DNA of 62,500 nucleotides, taken from positions 1 to 62,500 of the forward strand of contig DATGPZ010000202.1 in NCBI GenBank assembly GCA_035304485.1, in the 5' to 3' direction. The position numbers were made by a program, and so were the translations under genes. This document shows positions 55,172 through 62,500 of the stretch, piece by piece (position 1 is the stretch's first letter; each line of letters begins with the position of its first letter). Below the pieces are notes generated by a model, which was not told the DNA's origin, made no database searches, and was given only the letters and a program-made list of their open reading frames with translations. Source of the stretch: Acidimicrobiia bacterium (lineage in GTDB: Bacteria; Actinomycetota; Acidimicrobiia; Spongiisociales; ZC4RG35).

Positions 55172-56530
55172 ATGGCCGGTTATCTGCTCCCCGAAGAGGC
55201 TGTGACCAACGTCGACGCGTACCGCGCCGCCGGAGGGGGCGAGGGAATCGCCCGTGCGTTCCGTATCGGCCCCGAGGCGACCCTGAAAGAAGTGGAGGCG
55301 TCACGGCTGCGAGGCCGTGGTGGCGCTGGATTCCCGACCGGCATCAAGTGGAAGGGAGTGGCGGGCGCCGATCCCGCTCAGCGCCGGTTCCTCGTCTGCA
55401 ACGCCGCTGAAGGCGAGCCTGGGACGTTCAAGGATCGGGCTCTCCTGCGATTCAACCCCCACCAGGTCCTGGAAGGGATCGCCATCGCCGCCTTCGCCAT
55501 CGGAGCCGAGGAGGCATACATCGGCATCAAAGACAAATACGGTCTCGAGATCGAATTACTCGAGACGGCCGCTACCGAGCTCGCCGAAGCCGGAATGTTG
55601 GGGGAGGTACCCATCAGGGTGGTCACAGGACCCGACGACTATCTACTCGGGGAGGAAAAAGGGCTCCTGGAGGCGATCGAAGGGCGGCCACCTTTTCCGC
55701 GCTGGTACCCGCCCTACATCCTCGGCTTGCACACAGGGATGCCCTCCGGCGTCGGAGCGGCGTCGTCCGGATGGGACGAGCAGACCAATCCCACCGTGGT
55801 GAACAACGTCGAGACGCTGGCCAACGTCCCTCCGATCCTGGCGCGGGGCGCCGACTGGTTTCGCTCTCTGGGCACCGAGGACAGTCCTGGCCACATGTTG
55901 TTCACGATCTCCGGCGACGTTCGCCGAGAGGCAGTGGCCGAACTGGCACTCGGGACGCCCCTCGCCGTGTTGGTGCACGGCATCGGCGAAGGGCTCGAAG
56001 CCGGTCGTCGGGTCAAGGCGGTCTTTCCGGGTGTCTCCAACGGGCCGCTTCCCGATCGCCTGCTCGACACGCCGATGGACTTCAGGTCCATGCAGGCGGT
56101 CGGATCCGGTCTGGGATCCGGAGGGATGATCGTCTACGACGACACCGCCTGCATCGTGGCGGTGGCGGCGGTGCTCTCACGCTTTCTCGCCATCGAATCC
56201 TGCGGGCAATGCCCACCATGCAAACTCGGCACGGATGCCTTGGCCGACCGCTTCTTCGCCATCGACGCCGGAGAGGGCACCGCGTTCACTCTCGACGAGA
56301 TGACCGCCTGGATCGGCCGGGTGACCGATGCCAACCGGTGCGGTCTCGGGGCAGGGGAAAGGGCTCTGGCCGCCGGTGTCTTCCAGTCGTACTCCGACGA
56401 GGTCGTGGCCCACCTCGGATCAGCCTGTTGGTCGGACCGCGACATACTCGTGCCGAAGATGAACGATTGGGACCCAGATCGTGGCCGATTCAGCTACGAC
56501 GAGGGATACTTCGCATGGAGGCGTGCGTGA
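55172..56530 (+). CDS. NuoF-like NADH-binding FMN/4Fe-4S flavoprotein (Complex I 51-kDa family), stand-alone
   Basis: GRGGAGFPTGIKW, NAAEGEPGTFKDR, YLLGEEKGLLEAIEG, ESCGQCPPCKLG and a fourth Cys in NRCGLG. Confidence 0.85.
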   Translation: MAGYLLPEEAVTNVDAYRAAGGGEGIARAFRIGPEATLKEVEASRLRGRGGAGFPTGIKWKGVAGADPAQRRFLVCNAAEGEPGTFKDRALLRFNPHQVLEGIAIAAFAIGAEEAYIGIKDKYGLEIELLETAATELAEAGMLGEVPIRVVTGPDDYLLGEEKGLLEAIEGRPPFPRWYPPYILGLHTGMPSGVGAASSGWDEQTNPTVVNNVETLANVPPILARGADWFRSLGTEDSPGHMLFTISGDVRREAVAELALGTPLAVLVHGIGEGLEAGRRVKAVFPGVSNGPLPDRLLDTPMDFRSMQAVGSGLGSGGMIVYDDTACIVAVAAVLSRFLAIESCGQCPPCKLGTDALADRFFAIDAGEGTAFTLDEMTAWIGRVTDANRCGLGAGERALAAGVFQSYSDEVVAHLGSACWSDRDILVPKMNDWDPDRGRFSYDEGYFAWRRA

Positions 56531-56832
56531 CGAACGAAACTGCAGTGACCTCGGTTCTGCCCCGACCGGCTCCCGGCACCGTGGCCCGGGCGACTCCACC
56601 TCCCCGACCGGTCGAGGAGGCCTTGCGCCTGGTCGATGAGGGGGAGAAGCCGGCGGAGGTGTCTCGCCGGTTGGCCGGATCGTTCGGGGTCGAGGATCTG
56701 AGAGCAGCCCAGATCTGGTGGGTGCGGCGAATGCCGAAGGTTCGCTGGAACGACCATCGGGCGGGCGCCGTACTCCGTGCCCTGGAAGAAGCCGTCAAGC
56801 GCTTGGACCCGAAACTGCCCTCTGCCTCCTGA
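56527..56832 (+). CDS. Hypothetical small protein (possible helix-turn-helix)
   Basis: GTGA overlap with the NuoF-like stop; the alternative ATG is at 56515. The EEALRLVDEGEKPAEVSRRLAGSFGV segment looks HTH-like. Composition is only moderately coding-like. Confidence 0.35.
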   Translation: MTNETAVTSVLPRPAPGTVARATPPPRPVEEALRLVDEGEKPAEVSRRLAGSFGVEDLRAAQIWWVRRMPKVRWNDHRAGAVLRALEEAVKRLDPKLPSAS

Positions 56833-56928
56833 TCTTCCCGGAGGTCCTTTTCAACGAGGACTTTGGACCCTGGTCCAGAGGATGGTGATCCATTTTCGTG
56901 GTGTGCACGACCGCGAGAGAGGATTGCC

Positions 56929-58548
56929 ATGACCCAGGTCATCGATCGTCCACCCGTCTCCGACCGCCCACCTTCGAGGGCTGAGAAGGCGGTCCCGGAG
57001 CACCCGCACTACGTGCTCGGGACGCTGGTGGCTTTGGGGGTACTCGGGACGCTGGCGGCCGTGATCCTGGCCGTCGTTTCCCTGGGCATAACCGCGGGGC
57101 GCAACTCCGTCGACGATGCGCTCGTCGCCGAGCGCGTGGACGAGTATCTGGCTGAGGCCGGAGCGAGCGCGGCCACCGGCGACGTGATTCCCGCTCTCGT
57201 ACCCAAGGCGAATCTGCCGGTTGCGTCCGAGGTGGCCGTTGCCACCGCCCCGTCCATGCCCCCTCCGACCGGGCGAACCACACCTGCCATCGTGGAGGTG
57301 GAGTTCGAGGTGGTGGAAGGTGTCAACACGATCGACCCCGCTAGCGGTGTGGAGACCGAGACCTGGGGCTACCGTCTGGTCGACGGCGGTGGCGACCAGA
57401 TCGTGGCCGGAACGCCGGGTCCCGTGATTCGGGCACGTGTAGGCGACGTTCTGCGATTCACGATCACGAATCCGGAGGGCAACAGCCACCCCCACAACGT
57501 CGACTTCCACGCCGTCACCGGTTCCGGTGGTGGTGCCGAGGCGACCACGGTCGCTCCGGGAGAGACGAAGACGATCGAAGCCCGACTGCTCTATCCCGGC
57601 TTCTTCATGTATCACTGCGCCTACGACGACGTCCCCGCTCACATCAGCCACGGGATGTACGGGGGGATCCTGGTGGAGCCCGAAGAGCCGCTTCCTCAGG
57701 TCGAGCACGAGTGGTACATGGTCCAGTCCGAGTACTACACGGCTTCGAAGGAACCCGGGGTCGTCGAGTTCGATCGTCGAGCGGTCACAGACGAAGACCC
57801 GTCCTATGTGGTGTTCAACGGAGCGGTCGGTTCGCTGACCGGCGACAACGCTCTCCAAATGGAGGTGGGGGAGAGGGCGCGGATCTATTTCATCAACGCG
57901 GGCCTGAACCTCGACTCGAACTTCCATCCGATCGGTTCTCACTGGGACAAGGTCTACCCGGAGGCCACGCTGCTGTCGCCGCCTCTACGCGGCTCCCAGA
58001 CCACACTGGTCCCGGCCGGCGGCGGGACCGTGGTCGAGCTCGTCGGCCAAGTCCCGGAGACGATCGTCCTCGTCGACCATGCGCTGGCGAGAGCTTTCGA
58101 CAAGGGCGCCGTCGGTCAGATCGTCGTCGAAGGCGACGAGAACCCGGAGATCTATGAAGCGATCGGCCAGGACACCGAATCCGAGGGCGGAGGCACCCAT
58201 CAGATGGGGCCGAGCGAATCCGAAGACACTCCCTCGGCCGGTGAGCAGGTCTCGATCCTCCCGGGCAGCTCGACGTTCCAGGATGCCGATGCCCCCGATG
58301 AGTTCGCCGAATCGGAGAGCCCCGGCGACTACTCCGTCAACGTGCTGACCGTGCCGGCTGGGACCACCGTGACCTGGACGAACGAGGACGGCATGATGCA
58401 CACGGTCACAGCCGCCGACGGCAGCTTCGACTCGGGCTTCCTGAACGAAGGAGACACTTTCTCCTACACGTTCGATGAGCCGGGGGAGTACGAGTACTTC
58501 TGCAGTCCCCACCCGTGGATGCGGGCGAAGGTGATCGTCGAGGGCTGA
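56929..58548 (+). CDS. nirK: Copper-containing nitrite reductase (NirK) with N-terminal TM anchor and C-terminal cupredoxin domain
   Basis: T1/T2 copper ligands and catalytic Asp in HNVDFH. YHCAYDDVPAHISHGM supplies the T2 His and the T1 Cys, His and Met. FHPIGSHWD and VDHAL supply later His residues. The C-terminal ~100 aa have cupredoxin ligands (MMHTV ... YFCSPHPWM). TM helix YVLGTLVALGVLGTLAAVILAVVSLGI. Confidence 0.85.
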   Translation: MTQVIDRPPVSDRPPSRAEKAVPEHPHYVLGTLVALGVLGTLAAVILAVVSLGITAGRNSVDDALVAERVDEYLAEAGASAATGDVIPALVPKANLPVASEVAVATAPSMPPPTGRTTPAIVEVEFEVVEGVNTIDPASGVETETWGYRLVDGGGDQIVAGTPGPVIRARVGDVLRFTITNPEGNSHPHNVDFHAVTGSGGGAEATTVAPGETKTIEARLLYPGFFMYHCAYDDVPAHISHGMYGGILVEPEEPLPQVEHEWYMVQSEYYTASKEPGVVEFDRRAVTDEDPSYVVFNGAVGSLTGDNALQMEVGERARIYFINAGLNLDSNFHPIGSHWDKVYPEATLLSPPLRGSQTTLVPAGGGTVVELVGQVPETIVLVDHALARAFDKGAVGQIVVEGDENPEIYEAIGQDTESEGGGTHQMGPSESEDTPSAGEQVSILPGSSTFQDADAPDEFAESESPGDYSVNVLTVPAGTTVTWTNEDGMMHTVTAADGSFDSGFLNEGDTFSYTFDEPGEYEYFCSPHPWMRAKVIVEG

Positions 58549-58580
58549 ACACCCTTCCTGCCACAGCACTCTTGCGGTCC

Positions 58581-58613
58581 TCGAAGGGCTCCGGCTATGC
58601 CGGGGCCCTTCGG
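58581..58613. terminator. GC-rich hairpin (about 14-bp stem, 3-nt loop) between convergent nirK and the thioesterase gene
   Basis: tcGAAGGGCTCCGGC-tat-GCCGGGGCCCTTCgg, with one G.U position. Confidence 0.5.
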
Positions 58614-58633
58614 TTCTACATCGCTGAGGGCGG

Positions 58634-59047
58634 TCAATCGCGTGGCCAGAGGACCGACTGGGTCTGGAGCGTCTTCGCCACCAGATCGCCGTGGCCGACC
58701 GAGCAGTCGGTCTCCACGACGATGGTGCTGCGACCGCGGTGCAGGATCGATGCCCGGGCCAAGACCGTCCCCGAGCGGACGGCGGCGAGGAAGTTGGTCT
58801 TGGATTCGATGGTGCTCGTGCCGGCCGCACCCTCCGGTAGCGCCAGGTAGGCACAGGTGGCGCCGGCGGTGTCCGCCAGGCTCATGATCACCCCACCGTG
58901 CAGGATGCCTTCTGCCGTGCACAACTCGGGCGCCCAATCCAGCTCCAGCAGAACCCCTTCGGGGCCGGCATCCCGGGCTCGGATTCCGAGGGTGGCGGCC
59001 AGCGGCATGGATGAATGCAAGAACTGGTTGAGGTCTGACATCGACAT
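58634..59047 (-). CDS. PaaI/hotdog-fold thioesterase
   Basis: LGIRARD...GILHGGVIMSLADTAGA is the typical PaaI family core. Confidence 0.8.
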   Translation of the reverse strand: MSMSDLNQFLHSSMPLAATLGIRARDAGPEGVLLELDWAPELCTAEGILHGGVIMSLADTAGATCAYLALPEGAAGTSTIESKTNFLAAVRSGTVLARASILHRGRSTIVVETDCSVGHGDLVAKTLQTQSVLWPRD

Positions 59048-59089
59048 CCCTCGATCCGGATCGGGAGGCGCCAGGATAGGCTCGCGTGC

Positions 59090-59842
59090 ATGATCCGGCT
59101 CCTCGAAGGGTCTTCGGCGATCCCGCTGGACGACTTGGTCGATTTCTGCCTCGAGTCACATCGCCTGGACCGGCGGCTCGTGATGCTGAACATGGTCGTC
59201 TCGCTCGACGGCGCCACCGCCGTCAGGGGGCGGTCCGGGCCTCTGTCCGACTCCGACGACCAGGCCCTGTTCCAGGCGTTCCGGGCCGCCAGTGACGTGA
59301 TCCTGGTGGGAGCGGGCACCGTGCGGGCGGAAGACTACGGGCCGGTCCGCCTCACCGAGGCCGCTCGTCGAGCCCGCGAACGCAGGGGGCTGAGCCCGAT
59401 ACCCGAGATGGCGGTGGTCTCGGCCAGCCTTCGCCTCGAGCCGACGGCCCGCCTCTTCTCCGATCCGGCCCAGCGACCGCTCGTGTTCACGGCCCGGGCG
59501 GCGGTTCCGCGTGCCGACACGCTGGGAGATCGTGCCCGGGTGGTACCGATGGGCCGGGAGGAGGCGAATCTGGCGGAAGTGATCGAGCATCTGCTGGAGC
59601 TCGGGCATCGGACCATCCTCTGCGAAGGGGGGCCGACCCTGAATTCCGGTCTCATCGGTGCCGGGCTGGTGGATGAGCTGGACCTCGCACTGTCGCCCGT
59701 GATCGTGGGGGGTTCCAGCTTCCCGCTCGTTGCCGAAACACCGCCCGTGCCACTGGGTTTCCGGCTCGAGCGGGTCATGTCAGGGGATCGGATGCTCTTC
59801 CTGCGTTACCTGCGAGAGGAACGCTCACACCTTCAGGCGTGA
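59090..59842 (+). CDS. RibD C-terminal domain pyrimidine reductase family protein
   Basis: VVSLDGATAV..., DVILVGAGTVRAEDY, ILCEGGPTLNSGLI and DELDLALSPVIVGG. Confidence 0.7.
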   Translation: MIRLLEGSSAIPLDDLVDFCLESHRLDRRLVMLNMVVSLDGATAVRGRSGPLSDSDDQALFQAFRAASDVILVGAGTVRAEDYGPVRLTEAARRARERRGLSPIPEMAVVSASLRLEPTARLFSDPAQRPLVFTARAAVPRADTLGDRARVVPMGREEANLAEVIEHLLELGHRTILCEGGPTLNSGLIGAGLVDELDLALSPVIVGGSSFPLVAETPPVPLGFRLERVMSGDRMLFLRYLREERSHLQA

Positions 59843-62129
59843 CCGTGAAGACTTCTCCTCGCACGGTGACGTCGAGCTTTCCCTCATCGGTGGAGAGGGC
59901 GATTCGCTCGTGGTCCAAGTCCACCGACAGACGCACTCCCCGTACCAGCAGTTTGAAGACGATCGCCCGCCATTCCTCGGGGAGACGGGGGTCGAAGCTG
60001 ATGTCGCCTCCCGTGTCACGCATGCCGGCCATCCCGTAGATGACCGCCATCCACACTCCACCGGCCGATGCCAGATGGATCCCGTCGGTCGTGTTGCCGT
60101 GCAGGTCCGCCAAGTCGGTGAAGAGCGCCGTGCGGAAGTAGCGCATCGCCAGTTCGGCGTGGCCGATCTCGGCCGCCATGATCGACTGCACGCAGGCCGA
60201 CAGTGACGAGTCGCCGGTCGTCAGAGGGTCGTAGTACTCGAAGTTGGCGCGTTTGAGCTCGGGTGAGAACTGATCGCCGAGGAGGAACATCGCCATCACC
60301 ACGTCGGCCTGCTTGAGCACCTGGTAGCGGTAGATGACGAGGGGATGGAAATGCAGCAGCAGCGGGTACCGATCGGCGGGAACGGCGTCGAAATCCCATC
60401 GTTCCTTGGCCAGGAAACTCTCGTCCTGTTTCGTGATTCCGTAGCCAGGGTCGTAGCCGACGTACATGTCGTCGGCGGCACGACGCCACTCTTCGATCTC
60501 CTCGTCGGCCAGCTGCACCTTGGCGCGTAACCTCTCCCAGCGGCTGGGTTGTTCGGATCGCATCCGTTCCACGCAAGTGACGGCATAGCGCAGGTTCATC
60601 TGCGCCATCAGGTTGGTGTAGGCGTTGTCGTCGACCAGAGCCGTGTATTCGTCCGGCCCCGTCACGCCGTAGATGTGGAAGGCGCCGTCGCGGTGAAAAC
60701 CGAGATCCGCCCACATCCTCGCTGTCTCGATCAGGATCTCGACGCCGAAATCCCAGAGGAGCTCATCGTCGCCCGTCACTTCCACGTATTTGCGGATGGC
60801 ATAGGCGATGTCGGCGTCGATGTGGTACTGGGCGGTCCCTGCCGCGTAGTAGGCGCTCGCTTCCTCGCCGTTGATGGTTCGCCAGGGGAACAGTGCCCCC
60901 CGCAGTGACAGCACGCGCGCCCGCTCTCGGGCTTCGTCCAGCATGTCGTACCGGAAGCGGAGGAGGGACGCCGCCACCTTGGGTGAGGTGTAGATCAGGA
61001 ACGGGAGGACGAATATCTCCGTGTCCCAGAAGTAGTGACCCTCGTAGGCCTGGCCGGTCACACCCTTGGCCGGGATGCCGGTCCGGTCGATCTGAGCGGA
61101 GGCCTGGTGGAGGTTGAAGAGAATCCACCTGACTGCCTGCTGGACCGCCTTGTCGGTGCCTATGTGGACGTCGGCCACGTCCCAGAAGGAGCTCCAAGCG
61201 GCTTCCTGGGCGTGCGCCATCGCCTCGAAGCCGGCGGCTGCGGCCAGCGCCGACGAGTCTTCGGCATCGTCGATACCGCGGTCGGAACTCGTGTGATACG
61301 ACGTGAAGGCCTCGATCGTGACCTGTTCGCCGGCGTCCAGCTCGATGGAGAAGGTCGCTTGGGGGCGGTCGGGATGCTCGTAGAGCTCCACCTCGTGGGG
61401 ACGGTCGATCCGGTGAGCCTTCGAGACGGCCAGGTTGAGTCGAGACCGAACCGTCTCATAGGCGACGGAGAGCGTTTCGGGCGAGAGCCGCAGCCCGGTT
61501 GGCTCCAGGACACGCCGTCCGAAGTTCTTCGCCCGTCGGGGATCCAGCTCGGGAGTCGCCGGCTCCAGGTAGTCGGTGTCCTGGCGGTTGGTGAGCTCGG
61601 AAACGACGACGACGTTGGCGGGCGCGTCCACCGTGATGGCGAGGCGGCAAGCGATCAGGTCCGGTTGGACGATGGAGACGAGCCTGCTCGCCTCGACGTC
61701 GACTCCGATCCCGCCGAGCGTCTCCCAGTGGTAGCGGTGGGTGAGTATCCCCGTCTTGAAGTCCAGGCGGCGTTCCCAGTTGCTGATCTGGGCGTCGTCG
61801 AAGTCGAGCACCTCTCCGTTGACCGCCAATCGCAGAAGGGTCGGATCGGGCACGTAGACGATCGTCTGGCCCGTGGTGGCGAAACCATAGGCCGGCTCGG
61901 GATAGATGATCGGCCATGTCTCGTAGAAGCCGTTGATGAGGGCGCCGCCCTGGTGGACGGGAGCCCCCTGGTGGAACGTCCCCCGGACCCCGAGGCGACC
62001 GTTGCCGAGGGCCAGCACGGTCTCGAGCAGGGAGGTCAGCTCTCGGGTGTAGGCGGTTTCGACGATCGCCCAGCGGTCGATGGGATAGAGATCGTGGGGA
62101 AGTTCCGGTGCGATCTCGGTCTTCTTCAT
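59775..62129 (-). CDS. Glycoside hydrolase family 65 phosphorylase (trehalose/maltose/kojibiose phosphorylase type)
   Basis: 784 aa with EGHYFWDTEIFVLPF, YHIDADIAYAI and the usual GH65 N-terminal, central and C-terminal domain order. ATGA overlap with the upstream beta-PGM gene. Confidence 0.9.
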   Translation of the reverse strand: MKKTEIAPELPHDLYPIDRWAIVETAYTRELTSLLETVLALGNGRLGVRGTFHQGAPVHQGGALINGFYETWPIIYPEPAYGFATTGQTIVYVPDPTLLRLAVNGEVLDFDDAQISNWERRLDFKTGILTHRYHWETLGGIGVDVEASRLVSIVQPDLIACRLAITVDAPANVVVVSELTNRQDTDYLEPATPELDPRRAKNFGRRVLEPTGLRLSPETLSVAYETVRSRLNLAVSKAHRIDRPHEVELYEHPDRPQATFSIELDAGEQVTIEAFTSYHTSSDRGIDDAEDSSALAAAAGFEAMAHAQEAAWSSFWDVADVHIGTDKAVQQAVRWILFNLHQASAQIDRTGIPAKGVTGQAYEGHYFWDTEIFVLPFLIYTSPKVAASLLRFRYDMLDEARERARVLSLRGALFPWRTINGEEASAYYAAGTAQYHIDADIAYAIRKYVEVTGDDELLWDFGVEILIETARMWADLGFHRDGAFHIYGVTGPDEYTALVDDNAYTNLMAQMNLRYAVTCVERMRSEQPSRWERLRAKVQLADEEIEEWRRAADDMYVGYDPGYGITKQDESFLAKERWDFDAVPADRYPLLLHFHPLVIYRYQVLKQADVVMAMFLLGDQFSPELKRANFEYYDPLTTGDSSLSACVQSIMAAEIGHAELAMRYFRTALFTDLADLHGNTTDGIHLASAGGVWMAVIYGMAGMRDTGGDISFDPRLPEEWRAIVFKLLVRGVRLSVDLDHERIALSTDEGKLDVTVRGEVFTVTPEGVSVPLAGNAGRASDPLT

Positions 62130-62500
62130 GGCACCAACTCCGCGAGGTCGTCGACTACGACGTCGGCGCCGGCGTTGGAGAGGGCCTCCCCATCTCCGTG
62201 CCGGGCGACGCCGATCACCGCGCCGAAGCCGCCGGCGACTCCTGCTTCCACGCCGGCGACGGCATCCTCGATCACCACCGCTCGACTCGGCTCGGTGCCG
62301 AGCCGACGGACAGCCTCGAGAAAGGTGTCGGGGGCGGGCTTTCCAGGGATCGACTCGGCCGCCGCCACCACTCCGTCGATCCGCACCGGGAAGCGGTCGA
62401 GGATCCCCGCCGCCTCCAGCACCTGTTCGGCGTTGGCCGAGGACGACACGACGGCCATTGGGATCCCCAGTGCGTCGAGGTGGTCCAAGAGTGCCACCGA
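62126..62500 (-). CDS. pgmB: Beta-phosphoglucomutase (HAD superfamily), 3' part only; the gene continues beyond the window end
   Basis: VVSSSANAEQVLEAAGI...GKPAPDTFLEAVRRLG...VVIEDAVAGVEAG are HAD motifs III/IV. The operon partner is a GH65 phosphorylase. Confidence 0.75.
   Translation of the reverse strand, partial: SVALLDHLDALGIPMAVVSSSANAEQVLEAAGILDRFPVRIDGVVAAAESIPGKPAPDTFLEAVRRLGTEPSRAVVIEDAVAGVEAGVAGGFGAVIGVARHGDGEALSNAGADVVVDDLAELVP

Noticed and set aside
1-62500. Scan for tRNA, rRNA, CRISPR arrays, transposases, integrases, phage genes or classical defence-system genes.
   Set aside because: I saw no cloverleaf-like or rRNA-like sequence, no spaced direct-repeat array, and no DDE/tyrosine/serine recombinase motifs. 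No compositional island was seen beyond short AT-rich promoter patches. The window looks like core chromosome.

Overview
High-GC (about 65-70%) actinobacterium-like chromosomal segment. It is gene-dense, with about 70 genes and many ATGA/GTGA start-stop overlaps. I found no rRNA, tRNA, CRISPR array, transposase or integrase. Many long ORFs in the track are Arg/Pro/Gly-rich antisense or out-of-frame artefacts of the GC content and were discarded. Gene content in order:
- A sugar/nucleoside-type ABC importer flanked by amidohydrolases, one of them fused to a permease.
- An alpha/beta-hydrolase-adenylyl cyclase fusion, an AI-2E transporter and a PAP2 phosphatase.
- A GNAT / HesB-like / deiodinase-like operon.
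- Two SigJ/SigG-type ECF sigma factors.
- Two ABC-2 exporter loci, one with a MarR and one with an ArsR-type regulator.
- A K+ channel, SDR epimerases and orphan histidine kinases.
- A secreted SLH-like/GerMN/Gmad2 protein.
- otsB and a copper-chaperone cluster (SCO, PCuAC, CtaG).
- The 1584-aa NAD-glutamate dehydrogenase.
- A usp-archease-rtcB operon, pfk, a CBS-LuxR pair and a MarR-MFS pair.
- A P-type Ca2+-type ATPase.
- A nitrite/NO locus: four membrane proteins, a solo NuoF-like flavoprotein, and NirK with a C-terminal cupredoxin.
- A GH65 phosphorylase with pgmB.
The strongest finding is a deiodinase-like thioredoxin-fold gene (11114..11836, minus strand). It is interrupted by an in-frame TGA exactly at the catalytic position (FGSFT-[TGA]-PYC). 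A hairpin follows whose GGUC apical loop lies at the same spacing as in the E. coli fdhF SECIS. This makes it a likely selenoprotein that ORF callers split or mark as a pseudogene. Secondary findings are the permease::amidohydrolase fusion, the anchored NirK-cupredoxin with its neighbouring NuoF-like gene, and several small unlisted ORFs and operator-like palindromes. All homology calls rest on motif recognition by eye; no database search was possible.
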